Below are positions 25,608-35,286 of a DNA stretch of 64,000 nucleotides, piece after piece. Source of the DNA: Candidatus Hydrothermarchaeota archaeon (lineage in GTDB: Archaea; Hydrothermarchaeota; Hydrothermarchaeia; Hydrothermarchaeales; BMS3B). The DNA is taken from assembly GCA_015521565.1 (NCBI GenBank), contig WANX01000002.1, positions 7,308 to 71,307 of the forward strand. Reading direction: 5' to 3'. The notes under the pieces were generated by a model, which saw nothing but the letters and a program-made list of their open reading frames with translations, searched no databases and was not told the DNA's origin. Each line of letters begins with the position of its first letter. Positions within the stretch are counted from its first letter, which is position 1. A program made the position numbers and the translations under genes.

Positions 25608-26777
25608 ATGCTCTTTGCCCATATCGCCGACACCCACCTGGGCTACAGGCAGTACAATCTGGACGAGAGGGAGGAGGACTTCTATGCGGTCTTTGACGAG
25701 GCGGTGGACAGGATAATCCATGCGGGGTGCGACTTCGTAGTGCACAGCGGAGACCTCTTTGACGACCCGAGACCTCACGTTAAGGCGCTTGTAAGAGTGC
25801 GTGAGGCCCTGGAGAGGCTGAGCGACGCCGGGATAAAGTTCTACTGCATTGCAGGCAACCATGACCTGCTGATGCGCCGGGGGGCGGTGCCTCCACAGAA
25901 GCTGTACCGTGAAGTGGAGTTTCTGACTCCGGCCAGGCCTGTGCGCAGACATGGGGATGTGCTTATCGCGGGGCTGCCCTACTTCTCGAAAATCCACCGC
26001 AGGGTGCTGGTGGAGAAGCTGGCTGAGCTTGGCAGGATGGCAGAGAAGCGCAGCACCTGCGTGCTCCTGCTTCACCAGGGCATACGCAAGTACTTTCCGC
26101 TGGAGTATGAGGTGGACCTTGCAGACCTGCCGAGGAGCTTCCACTACTATGCCATGGGGCATATCCACAGCAGAATCCTGGATGAGTTCGGCAAGGGTGT
26201 GCTCGCCTATCCCGGTTCGACGGAGGTGTGGAGGGTTGATGAGATAGCCGAATACGAGAGGAGCGGGAAGGGCTTCTTCATGGTGGATACGGAAGAGATT
26301 TCACCGGAGAGGCTGGAGTGGATAAGACTTGAGAGGGTGCGGCCATTCAGGAGGGTGAGCTTTGAGAGTGCAGATGAGGTGCAGATTGTTGCCAGAACTC
26401 TGGACGGGCGCAGACCGGTGCTGAAGGTGGAGGTGCGTTCCACCCAGGAGGAGTTCCGGAGGATTTACAGGGAGGTTGTCGAGCAGCTCGCAGCGAAGGC
26501 GCTGTACATAGACGTAAAGAGGCTTGAGGTGGGAGAGGATGCGGGGAGGAAGGGCAGCGGGGAGAGGATAAGTGTTGAGCAGCTCATCAGGGAGAGCATG
26601 AAGGACCACTCCAGCGGAGAGCAGGAGCTGGCGGTGGAGCTGTTCCGGCGGCTCGCCGCTGGCGATGTGGAGGCAGCACTTGCAGCAGCCAGGGAGTTTC
26701 TGGAGCGGGAGGGAGACGCAGAGTGGACCAGAGACTCCCCCGGGGGTGAACAGCTCCGTCTGGAGGGCTTCAGATGA
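25608..26777 (+). CDS. mre11: DNA double-strand break repair nuclease Mre11
   Basis: Calcineurin-like phosphoesterase motifs: DTHLG, GDLFD, GNHD, GHIH. Confidence 0.9.
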   Translation: MLFAHIADTHLGYRQYNLDEREEDFYAVFDEAVDRIIHAGCDFVVHSGDLFDDPRPHVKALVRVREALERLSDAGIKFYCIAGNHDLLMRRGAVPPQKLYREVEFLTPARPVRRHGDVLIAGLPYFSKIHRRVLVEKLAELGRMAEKRSTCVLLLHQGIRKYFPLEYEVDLADLPRSFHYYAMGHIHSRILDEFGKGVLAYPGSTEVWRVDEIAEYERSGKGFFMVDTEEISPERLEWIRLERVRPFRRVSFESADEVQIVARTLDGRRPVLKVEVRSTQEEFRRIYREVVEQLAAKALYIDVKRLEVGEDAGRKGSGERISVEQLIRESMKDHSSGEQELAVELFRRLAAGDVEAALAAAREFLEREGDAEWTRDSPGGEQLRLEGFR

Positions 26778-29140
26778 TTGTGGAGGAGCTTTCCCTGTGG
26801 GACTTCAGGTCGCATGCCAAAACCAGGATAAAGCTTACCCAGGGAGTTACGGTTATAGTGGGGGAGAACGGCTCCGGCAAGAGCACCCTGCTGGAGGCGG
26901 TGAATTTCGCCCTGTTCAAGAACTCCCGCAGGGGGTACCCCCTGGATGCCTTGATACGCAGAGGCGCGGCGCTGGCGAAGGTCAGTCTGGTTTTTCATGT
27001 GGGTGGGCGCAGGTACAGGGTTGAGAGGAAGCGAACCCCTGGAAGAGCCGCCGGAAGCGCCCTATATGAGCTCAGGGACGGCCGGGAGGTGCCCATCGCA
27101 AGGGGTGAAGCACGGGTAACCCGCGAGGTTGAGCGCATCCTTGGAATAAATTCAGAGGTGTTCACCAGCGCCATATACATCCGCCAGGGGGAGATAGACG
27201 CGCTGCTCTCCTTTGAGCCGGCAGAGAAGAAGAGGTTGATAGGCAAGCTTCTGGGCACAGAGGACCTGGAGAGGGCGCACACGGGAATGCGTGAGGTGGT
27301 CAGGGAGTTCAGAATTCGCCTGGAGGCGCTTTCGGGGGTGGAGGAGGAGCTGAAGAACGTCGCAGAGGATGTTGCCAGAAGGCGGGATGAGGTGAAGAAT
27401 CTTAGGCGCTCTCTGGAGCATGCAAGAGATGCGAGAGATAAGGTGACGGCTTCCCTGAAGGAGCTGGAGGAGAGGATTGAGCTGGTGGAGAGGGGTCTCA
27501 AACTTGAGCAGCACAGGCGGATGCTGCAGACGGAGCGAAGCCATCTGCAGGATAAGCTGGACAGGATAAACCGCTACTCGGCAAGGCTGCAGACACTGAA
27601 GGAGGGGGGTGAAAGGTACCAGCAGCTGGAAAGCAGACTTCAGGAGCTCAGGGAGAAGGAGAACAGGCTCTCCGCCGTGCAGGCACTTATCAGGACCAGG
27701 AAAGGGGAGCAGAAAGAACTCAGGACGAAGCTGGAGGAGGCGAAGAGGCATGTAGAGGAGCTCCTGGGGGCGGCGGCCAGGGCCATGGGACATGCGGACA
27801 GGGGGACACAGGATAATAATCTTCAGATGATGCTGCGGCTCAGAATTGGGGAACTCGAGGAGACGAGGGACTGCATAAGGCAGAAGATTGAGGAAACAAC
27901 CAGAGAGGCGGCGAAGCTCAGAGGCACCGCCCGGGAGATGGAGCGCGCCCTGCACGAGCTGCTTTCAGCGCGCGGCTCGTGCCCTGTGTGCATGAGCCCG
28001 CTGAGCCAGGAGAGGAAGCAGGAGCTGAGCACAGAGTACAGGCGGAGGATGCAGGAACTGCTGCACAGAGCGGAGCTTCTGGAGAGGGAGGCAGAGGAGG
28101 GTAAAGCCGAGCTGGGCTATCTGGAGAGGAGGCTGGCGGAGGTGAACAGAATCGCCGGGGAGCTATCCATGCTTGGTACCAGGCAGGAGGAGTGCAGGAG
28201 CCTGGAGAGGAAGCTAAAGAAGCTGGAGGAGGAGCTTGCGAAGCTGGAGGAGGAACACCGCCATCTGGTACCCGCGGCAGAGGAAATGGCAAGGGTCGAG
28301 GAGGAGCGCCGCCTTCTTGCCGGGGTGTACAGGGAGTACATAGAGGCAATGGGCTATCTGAGGAGACACGGTGGCGAGGCGGAGGCGCTGAAGCTCAGGC
28401 TAAGTGAGATAGAGGGGGAGCTGGAGGAGATTGCCGCCTCGCTGAAGGAACTGAAAGGTAAGCTGGGGTGCGATGTTTCGGAGGAGCTCCGCAGGGAGCT
28501 GCACAGCAGAAGGGAGGAGCTTACGGCAAGGCTGACGCAGCTTGAGAAGAGCATAAGCGCCGGTGAGGAGGCGGTAAGGCGTGTTGAGGCGGAGATCGCG
28601 GAGCTTGGGAAAAGGCAGGCCTCCCTGCAGAAAAAGCTGGAGGAGAGGGAGAGGCTTCAGGGGTTCGTCTCTCTGCTGGAGAAAATCCGCAAACTCTTTC
28701 ACCGGGACAGCCTGCAGAGGGAGCTGCGGATGCGCGCTCTGCCCCTGATAGAGCTCTACACCAGGGAGATATTCGAGGAGTTCAACCTGCCCTACAGCGA
28801 GCTTTCTATAAGCGAGGACTTCAGCATAACCCTATACGGACCCCTGGGAGAGGAGAGCGCCGAGATGCTGAGCGGCGGGGAGCGAATCGCCCTTGCGCTG
28901 GCACTCAGGCTGGGCATTGCCAGAGCGCTCTCGGGCTCCGCGCTGGAGATGATAATGCTCGACGAGCCCACGATTCACCTCGATGCCCAGCGCAGGCAGG
29001 ACCTGGTGGAGATTATAAAGCGGCTCACCTCAATACCCCAAACAATAGTGGTGACCCACGACAAGGAGTTCGAGCAGGCTGCGGACAGACTCCTGCTTGT
29101 GGAGAAGAGGGCAGGTGTCTCGAGAGTGGTTGAAAGTTAA
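26774..29140 (+). CDS. rad50: DNA double-strand break repair ATPase Rad50
   Basis: Walker A GENGSGKST, long coiled coil, CPVC zinc hook, signature LSGGE, Walker B MIMLDEPTIHLD. The start overlaps the mre11 stop. Confidence 0.9.
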   Translation: MIVEELSLWDFRSHAKTRIKLTQGVTVIVGENGSGKSTLLEAVNFALFKNSRRGYPLDALIRRGAALAKVSLVFHVGGRRYRVERKRTPGRAAGSALYELRDGREVPIARGEARVTREVERILGINSEVFTSAIYIRQGEIDALLSFEPAEKKRLIGKLLGTEDLERAHTGMREVVREFRIRLEALSGVEEELKNVAEDVARRRDEVKNLRRSLEHARDARDKVTASLKELEERIELVERGLKLEQHRRMLQTERSHLQDKLDRINRYSARLQTLKEGGERYQQLESRLQELREKENRLSAVQALIRTRKGEQKELRTKLEEAKRHVEELLGAAARAMGHADRGTQDNNLQMMLRLRIGELEETRDCIRQKIEETTREAAKLRGTAREMERALHELLSARGSCPVCMSPLSQERKQELSTEYRRRMQELLHRAELLEREAEEGKAELGYLERRLAEVNRIAGELSMLGTRQEECRSLERKLKKLEEELAKLEEEHRHLVPAAEEMARVEEERRLLAGVYREYIEAMGYLRRHGGEAEALKLRLSEIEGELEEIAASLKELKGKLGCDVSEELRRELHSRREELTARLTQLEKSISAGEEAVRRVEAEIAELGKRQASLQKKLEERERLQGFVSLLEKIRKLFHRDSLQRELRMRALPLIELYTREIFEEFNLPYSELSISEDFSITLYGPLGEESAEMLSGGERIALALALRLGIARALSGSALEMIMLDEPTIHLDAQRRQDLVEIIKRLTSIPQTIVVTHDKEFEQAADRLLLVEKRAGVSRVVES

Positions 29141-29175
29141 AAAATCCGGCGGGTCTCCTGAGGTTTCAGGCTGGC

Positions 29176-30246
29176 TCAAACCCTGTGCAGCACCATATCC
29201 ACAAGCCCCACCGCACCCGTCATCATCACATCCCCAGCGGGGGAGGCAAACTCCACCCTGAGCGAGGAGTCGCGGAGCATCTCTCTGTTCGGGCCGGTGA
29301 CCATTATCCTCCTCACCCGCTCCATACCAAAGCCCTCGCGTATTGCGCACCCGTGCCCAGAGTCGCTGTAAACCTCCTCGTTGGTAAGCTTACCTTCTGC
29401 GAAGCGCACCACGAGGCGCTCCAGCTTCTGCCTGTTGAGCAGCGCCGTGTGGTGCTCCATGAAGCCCGCGATGCGGTTGTCCTCGTCCACCAGGGCAACG
29501 AGGGTGTGGCCGTTGCCCACGTCTATGGATATGGCGGGGCGCTCCTCGACGCCGTGGAGAGCGCCCACCACGGCGGCGATTTTGGAGTCGGCAATGAAGG
29601 GCTTTGCGCGGGTTTCCCTCTCTATCTGCCGCCTGACGGCGCACATCCGGGTGTAGTAGGCGGGTGGCGACTCGTAGCCCAGGTCGAGCATGTGCCTGCG
29701 CTGTCTCACAAATTCTGCGATCTTCTCAAACCTGAAGATGCGGTCAGACTTGCCCTCAGGCGCCCTGCCGTGGTCCTGCACCGCCACAGCAAAGTAGTGG
29801 AAGCTGAAGGGCTCCCCAACCTGCTCGAGTACTCTTCGAAAGAGCTCAAAGTCTATGTCTCCGGTGCGAAGCCTGACGACGCCGTTGAGCCCATCCGCCT
29901 CTTTCTCGTCGATGACTTCGACCCCCATCTCCCTGACCTGCTCCAGGTCGTCGCGCACACTCATGGCAGCGCGCGGCGTCATGAACACGCGGTAGCCCCT
30001 GCGCAGATGCTCGCCTATTGCGAAGGCGAGGGGTCCGCCGCCCATGGTTTCCCCCGTCAGGAGAAGGTCGCCTTCGGCGCCTGCAACCCGCGCTGCGAGT
30101 ATCCGCGTTGGAGATGGCAGCACCAGCTTGGGGTTGTTCTCCAGGTTGCGGGAGGAGTCGAACACCAGCACGTCCTGCGTGCCCATACCCACGTCCATGG
30201 CGAAGATGCGGAGCCCCCGCTTTTGTGCACCTCCGGAGGAAAGCAT
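29176..30246 (-). CDS. ASKHA-fold (actin/Hsp70/sugar-kinase-like) ATPase, DUF1786/COG2441-like
   Basis: N-terminal phosphate-1 motif (FAMDVGMGTQDVLVFD) and a second Gly-rich motif (SIDVGNGHTLVALV). Confidence 0.45.
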   Translation of the reverse strand: MLSSGGAQKRGLRIFAMDVGMGTQDVLVFDSSRNLENNPKLVLPSPTRILAARVAGAEGDLLLTGETMGGGPLAFAIGEHLRRGYRVFMTPRAAMSVRDDLEQVREMGVEVIDEKEADGLNGVVRLRTGDIDFELFRRVLEQVGEPFSFHYFAVAVQDHGRAPEGKSDRIFRFEKIAEFVRQRRHMLDLGYESPPAYYTRMCAVRRQIERETRAKPFIADSKIAAVVGALHGVEERPAISIDVGNGHTLVALVDEDNRIAGFMEHHTALLNRQKLERLVVRFAEGKLTNEEVYSDSGHGCAIREGFGMERVRRIMVTGPNREMLRDSSLRVEFASPAGDVMMTGAVGLVDMVLHRV

Positions 30247-30288
30247 AGATTAATATTGCACCTTCCCGTAGTAAACATTACTGAGACC

Positions 30289-32208
30289 ATGCTGGCGAGA
30301 GTGCTATTGGCCCCGGTGGCAAAGGCTCTGGTGTTCCTGCTGGAGAGGAACGGCGCGGAGAGAAGTTTGGCCGTGCTCGCCTTTTCCACAGCCACAACGC
30401 TGCTCGCATGCGTGCTGCTCTACTTCACCCTTGTCCTGAATCCCTACTCATCATGGCTGAAGCTTGCCCTTATTGCGCTGCTGCTGCTGAGCGCCCTCTC
30501 AGGGGAGGTGCTGCACCGCATGAGCCAGGCTTCTGAGGTGAAGCGCACCCTCGACTCACTCCTGGACTTTGCGGTTTACTTCACAGCGCTGTACTTTCTG
30601 CCTGCGGCGATGTACCTTCCACAGTTTGTGCCCTGGATTACCAGGCGGGAGTACCTCCTCCTCTTTCTGCTCCTCGCTGCTGGTGCAGTGATGCACAGAA
30701 TGCTCGGAGGTTTTGCACAATGGCTCAGTGCAAGGTCTGAGAGGCTGTTGCTGTATTCTCTTATCCTGGTCGCAGGATTTTATACCAATTTTGAGACCGC
30801 CGTGCTGACTGGTGTGGTCGCCATCTCGCTGCTGATGTACCTCAGCCTTCTCGGGGGGAGATTGAGAAAGCCAGGGATTTCAGCTCATCTGCTCCGACCT
30901 GTGCGAGGGCTGCCCCTTCTTCTGCTGAGGGTTGCGGCGGGCTTCGCTTTACTGCTGCGCAGGGGTGCCGGAGTTGCGGCGGGTGCTGCCGGGCTTCTGA
31001 AAAGACGACGGCATCAGGAGCCAGAGCTTTCTCCGGAGGAGCCGGAGGAGCCATACCGCGGCCACAGGTTTACTGTGATGGTAACCGATGAGATGGAGAA
31101 CCCGGTGGAGGGTGCAAGGGTGGTTCTCCACAACATGGATACAGGCTTGGAGGAGGTACGCATCAGCGACAGCGGCGGCAGGTGCAGATTTGAAGGACTC
31201 ATCCCGGGTGAGTATATGATTGTGATAGACGGTGAAGGGATCGCCCCGGAGAAGCACAGACGCTACATCAGCATGGACCAGGGGGAGGTCTTTGCTGTGA
31301 GGCTCAGGAGCAGCGATCTGAGTGTGGTGGTGAGCCGGCGGGAGCTTGGAACACCCGTCAGAGATGCCCTCGTAAAGCTCAGTGGTAAGAATTTTCACAG
31401 AGAAGCCAGGACCAACAACCTTGGTGTGGCGTACTTCGACTCTCTGGAGATGGGGGAGTACCTGCTCGAGGTTGAGGCTGAAGGATACAGAAGCTACTCC
31501 AGACCTGTGAGCCTCTTCTCGGAGAATGTGGTTGCGGTGCCTCTTGAGCCGTTGGAGGAGCGGGCTGTGGATGAAAGGGCTGAGAAACCGCGGAGGGAGA
31601 AGGAAACGCAGGAGGAGGCGCCGGAAAGACGCGGACTGGAGGAGCGAGAGCCTGTAATGGAGAAGCTTGGACCTGAAGAAGAAGAGGTGATTTTTGGCGA
31701 GTCTGCACTTATTGAGTACTCCTCTGATACAAAGCTGGAGGATGTGGTGGCAGGCATAGTGAGTGAACACGTGGCCAACGGCAGGGATGTGTTTCTGGTG
31801 AGCATGCAGCCGCGTACCTCCAAGTACAGGAGAATGTTCTCGGAGCTGATGCAGGAGGGCAGGGTGAGGGTAATAAACCTGGCTACCAGGGGGAAGCCTC
31901 CGGAAAGCGACTCCGGCATAGAGGAGGTTCCCATCTCCAACCTGGAGTACTTCAGCGCAGTGTTTGAGGAAATGCCGGCGGGTGCGCTGCTGGTCTTTGA
32001 GCCGCTTTCGAGCGTGATACTAACCATAGGCGCAGAGCATGCATACCGCTTCGTTTCCCGCACAGTGGAGCACCTGAGCAACGAGGGGCTGTTCCTCATC
32101 TGCTTTATCAACAGGGAAATGCACAGTGCGAGAGAGCTCTCCAGCTTCAGGGAGCTCTTTATGAACGTGGCTGAAATCAGAGATGGAAAGATAAGGAGGA
32201 CCAGATAG
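30289..32208 (+). CDS. Multi-domain membrane protein: about 6 TM helices, two Ig-like (CarboxypepD_reg-like) domains and a C-terminal KaiC-like DUF835-type domain
   Basis: Lies inside a spurious 1007-aa ORF. The real start is ATG 30289 (MLARVLLAPV). Repeats ARVVLHNMDTG...GEYMIVID and ALVKLSGKN...GEYLLEVEAEGY. The tail (VFLVSMQPRTSKYRRMF...LICFINRE) has no Walker A. Confidence 0.55.
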   Translation: MLARVLLAPVAKALVFLLERNGAERSLAVLAFSTATTLLACVLLYFTLVLNPYSSWLKLALIALLLLSALSGEVLHRMSQASEVKRTLDSLLDFAVYFTALYFLPAAMYLPQFVPWITRREYLLLFLLLAAGAVMHRMLGGFAQWLSARSERLLLYSLILVAGFYTNFETAVLTGVVAISLLMYLSLLGGRLRKPGISAHLLRPVRGLPLLLLRVAAGFALLLRRGAGVAAGAAGLLKRRRHQEPELSPEEPEEPYRGHRFTVMVTDEMENPVEGARVVLHNMDTGLEEVRISDSGGRCRFEGLIPGEYMIVIDGEGIAPEKHRRYISMDQGEVFAVRLRSSDLSVVVSRRELGTPVRDALVKLSGKNFHREARTNNLGVAYFDSLEMGEYLLEVEAEGYRSYSRPVSLFSENVVAVPLEPLEERAVDERAEKPRREKETQEEAPERRGLEEREPVMEKLGPEEEEVIFGESALIEYSSDTKLEDVVAGIVSEHVANGRDVFLVSMQPRTSKYRRMFSELMQEGRVRVINLATRGKPPESDSGIEEVPISNLEYFSAVFEEMPAGALLVFEPLSSVILTIGAEHAYRFVSRTVEHLSNEGLFLICFINREMHSARELSSFRELFMNVAEIRDGKIRRTR

Positions 32209-32552
32209 ATATGCAGAATGGACGCGCTTAATGTTTCTTGAAGATAAGCCATCCTTCTACGCTTACTGCCAAACTCTGCATCACCCGCCAGCAGCTTTAG
32301 TAAAGCTCATGACCGCAAAGCAGGCAATATCCCAAGAACAGTAAAGCCTATCCGCATCGTCAGATTTTGCAGAGTGGACATGGAGAGTAGAAGCAGAGCT
32401 GAAAGTTATAAAGGATTATCTGATGGAGCTGTACAGGCTGTAAGACTCCAATAAAACGAAGCTGAAACCAGGGACTATCAAAACCCGGCCTCAATACCCC
32501 AAAACAGCACGCCCACAACCTGTAAGGCAATTTTTATATTCTGCTAAAGCAT

Positions 32553-32996
32553 ATGACATCAGTACATAAAGGAGGTCCATGGATGCGGGAGAGGAGAGAG
32601 ACAGCAGCGCTTACGGCTGTTATGGTGGCGGTTTACGTTGGGCTGGCCTACGCAATATCCCATACCTCCGGGAGCAGCATTGCCCAGGCTGTTGCGGTTC
32701 TGCTTCTCCTCCTCCCGGTACCGGGGGTGGTGGCCTTCATCCACGGCTTGAGGAGCGGGAGCAGCTCCATCTCATTTCTGGTTGGCTTTATCCCGGTCTT
32801 TGTATTCTTTATGACGGGGGCGCTCTTCGGCGCCTTTGAGGGCGTTCCGGTGGTGTCCGGTCTGTTTCTGGGTGCGTGCTCGGGGATTGTGGGCTACAGC
32901 GGAGCCATAAAAAAGAGGGGGGAGAGGGACTGGGTGGTCTTTATGCTAATCGGCATTCTGCTCTGGATATTTGTGATGCTGGGCAGCATGCTGTGA
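32553..32996 (+). CDS. Small integral membrane protein (4 TM)
   Basis: Strongly hydrophobic 147-aa ORF. Confidence 0.4.
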   Translation: MTSVHKGGPWMRERRETAALTAVMVAVYVGLAYAISHTSGSSIAQAVAVLLLLLPVPGVVAFIHGLRSGSSSISFLVGFIPVFVFFMTGALFGAFEGVPVVSGLFLGACSGIVGYSGAIKKRGERDWVVFMLIGILLWIFVMLGSML

Positions 32997-33037
32997 TAAA
33001 ATTCCCGACTCCAGCGCAAGATTTTAATCCGAAGACG

Positions 33038-34279
33038 CTATATGCACAGCACCAGAGGCTTGGCGAGGTGGCGCATGGCTATGGGAGGCACAGAGTAGAG
33101 CTTCTCCTGAATGTTCCGCTCCAGCTCCTCCACAACCTTTTCTTTAGCCACTGTCCTGCACCGTTTGCAGCGGTAGCCCCTGCCTTTGCCGGCGCTCTCC
33201 ATGCGCCTTCCGCAGCGCGTGCAGCGCGGATTTGCGAGCCTCTCTCTCTTGAGCCTGAGCACCTCAAGCTTTTCCAGGTTAATCGTCCTGCTCTCGTCCA
33301 CGCCCCCGTATACCCTCACCCTGTCTCCCGGAATTAATGCGCGCACCACATTGCGAAAGCCCTTAGTCGGCTCGTAGGCGGCGCAGGTAATCTGCTCCCC
33401 GTGCTCATCGCAGAGCTCGAAGAACACGTGCCCCCCCTGAATAACCCTTGGCGCAGAGGCCACCTCTCCCGCGAGGATGACGGAGGAGAAGGGTCTCACC
33501 TCGGCGATGCGGGAGACCTCCTGGAGGTGCGCATCGGTGCCCTGGTTGGTTTTGTACACCATGCTCAGGGCAATATCCTCCCCCGGGAGCACCAGCTCCG
33601 CCGCCTCCTGCACCACCTGCGCGCTTGTGCCCCGGATGCCGAAGAGCACCGGGCAGGGGGTGTGCGGAGCGATAAGCACGCGGCGCTCGGCGTAGTCGTA
33701 GTTGTTGAAGGTCAGCGGAAAGGTAAGCGCGTCCATGGCGAGCACAGAAGCGGTGTCGAGGTTACGAGGTGTGCCCCAGCGCTCCCTTGCGCGGTAGGCG
33801 ATGTACTCGTAGGTGGCTCTGCTCAGCTCTGCTCCGATGGCTGCAAGCGCGCCCACGATGCCCCTGCCCAGCTTGTACTTCACGTACTCGGCTCCTCTCT
33901 CCCTGAGGAGGCTCTCGGCTTGGTCAATCCCAACAACCTCATGAAGCGCTCGCCGGTAGAAGCGGGAGAAGTCCTCAGGGGGCTCGCCCTCGTAGAAGAC
34001 GACGCCGGGGTTTGTGTTATTATCGTCGAAGCAGGCGAGCTCCTCCACCACCCGCCTTGTGATGCGCTTCGCCTCCGCAACCTTCTTTGTTCTGAGCGCG
34101 AGCGCAACCGCGGCGTTTCCCCTGGTTTTGTATTTAATGTTGGGGTTGAGGCGCACCAGCTTTGCCTCTTCCACCTCGCCTACCTTCGCAAGCTTTCTGC
34201 TGAGCACCGCACCCACGTAGGTGGTGCACATTCCATGCTTAGCCGAATCCGTGTCGTCAATGCCGATGTGGAGGAGCAT
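33038..34279 (-). CDS. tiaS: tRNA(Ile2) 2-agmatinylcytidine synthetase TiaS
   Basis: N-terminal GIDDTDS kinase-like motif, an internal OB domain, and C-terminal Zn ribbon CTRCGRRM...CKRC. About 410 aa, matching TiaS. Confidence 0.8.
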   Translation of the reverse strand: MLLHIGIDDTDSAKHGMCTTYVGAVLSRKLAKVGEVEEAKLVRLNPNIKYKTRGNAAVALALRTKKVAEAKRITRRVVEELACFDDNNTNPGVVFYEGEPPEDFSRFYRRALHEVVGIDQAESLLRERGAEYVKYKLGRGIVGALAAIGAELSRATYEYIAYRARERWGTPRNLDTASVLAMDALTFPLTFNNYDYAERRVLIAPHTPCPVLFGIRGTSAQVVQEAAELVLPGEDIALSMVYKTNQGTDAHLQEVSRIAEVRPFSSVILAGEVASAPRVIQGGHVFFELCDEHGEQITCAAYEPTKGFRNVVRALIPGDRVRVYGGVDESRTINLEKLEVLRLKRERLANPRCTRCGRRMESAGKGRGYRCKRCRTVAKEKVVEELERNIQEKLYSVPPIAMRHLAKPLVLCI

Positions 34280-34341
34280 GTCCTATTCCCGCGAGGATAA
34301 CGGGGTAAGCGATTTATAGGAGGAGGGGCAAAGGAGATGCG

Positions 34342-35286
34342 GTGGAAATGCGAGAAAGGCTCAATCTGTTCCTCAGGGTTACCGAAGTTTTTGAGAATCA
34401 CGGCTACAGGCTTTCCGAGGCGTGTGTGCTTAGCAACTCCTGCTTCGACTTCTTCGCCCGCAGGGGAGAGCGTCTGCTTCTTGTGAAGGTGCTGGGAAAC
34501 ATAGACAGCCTGACCGAGACGCAGGCGGGCGAGATATCGCGGGTCGCCGCCACTCTGGAAGCTGCGCCCGTGGTGGTGGGCAGACGCAGGGGCGTGGAGG
34601 AGCTCCAGCATGGTGTGGTCTACCTCAGGCACGGCATAGCCTGCGTAAGCGAGCTCACGCTTGAGCAGGCGCTTGCCGGCGAGCACCCAGCGCTGCTGTG
34701 CTACCGTGGTGGCTACTACGCAAGCGTAGATGGCGAGCAGCTTCGCAGGCTGAGGCAGGCCCACGGGCTGAGCAGACCCGCGCTTGCAAAGCTGGTGGGA
34801 GTCTCCGCCAAGGCGATTTACAAGTACGAGGAAGGCGAGGCCGGCGCAACCTTTGAAACTGCGCTCAAGCTGGAGCGCGTTCTCGGCGAACCCCTGGTAA
34901 AGCCGGTGGATATCTTCCGCGTGCCGGGCGCAGGGCAAAGCCCCGCTCCGCCTGCGAGGCTGAAGAGGCTGTGCAGGCTGGGGTTTGAGGTGCTTCCCGT
35001 GAGGAAGGCGCCCTTCTCGGCGCTTACCAGGGGAGAGGGCAGGGTGCTCCTCACAAAGCTTGCAAAATGCCGCACCCGCGATGTGGAGGAGCGTGCGAGG
35101 CTGCTGAGGAGCATCTCCGCTACTGTGGAGAAGCGCGCCTTTATCCTGCTCGGCTCCGGCAGGGCGAGGAACATCTCCGGCATAGCGGCGGTTAGCCTGC
35201 GCGAGGTGGAGGAGATAGCCCGCGCGAGGGAGCTGCTGGAGCTTATAGAGGCAAGGGCTACGCCAGGCCAAGATGCCGGCGGATGA
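34342..35286 (+). CDS. Archaeal putative transcriptional regulator with a central XRE-type HTH (COG1395-like)
   Basis: HTH segment LRQAHGLSRPALAKLVGVSAKAIYKYEEGE flanked by archaea-specific N- and C-terminal domains. Confidence 0.65.
   Translation: MEMRERLNLFLRVTEVFENHGYRLSEACVLSNSCFDFFARRGERLLLVKVLGNIDSLTETQAGEISRVAATLEAAPVVVGRRRGVEELQHGVVYLRHGIACVSELTLEQALAGEHPALLCYRGGYYASVDGEQLRRLRQAHGLSRPALAKLVGVSAKAIYKYEEGEAGATFETALKLERVLGEPLVKPVDIFRVPGAGQSPAPPARLKRLCRLGFEVLPVRKAPFSALTRGEGRVLLTKLAKCRTRDVEERARLLRSISATVEKRAFILLGSGRARNISGIAAVSLREVEEIARARELLELIEARATPGQDAGG

Noticed and set aside
29185-30288. 5' two-thirds of the 1007-aa plus-strand ORF (29185-32208)
   Set aside because: This part is antisense to the ASKHA-fold gene (29176-30246) and translates to low-complexity His/Arg/Ala-rich sequence. 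The real gene begins at the internal ATG 30289, where the TM-helix-rich, coherent protein starts.
32209-32552. 344-bp lower-GC intergenic region upstream of the small membrane protein
   Set aside because: I looked for a tRNA, a riboswitch-like fold or repeats and found only short, weak hairpins. Nothing here can be defended as a feature.
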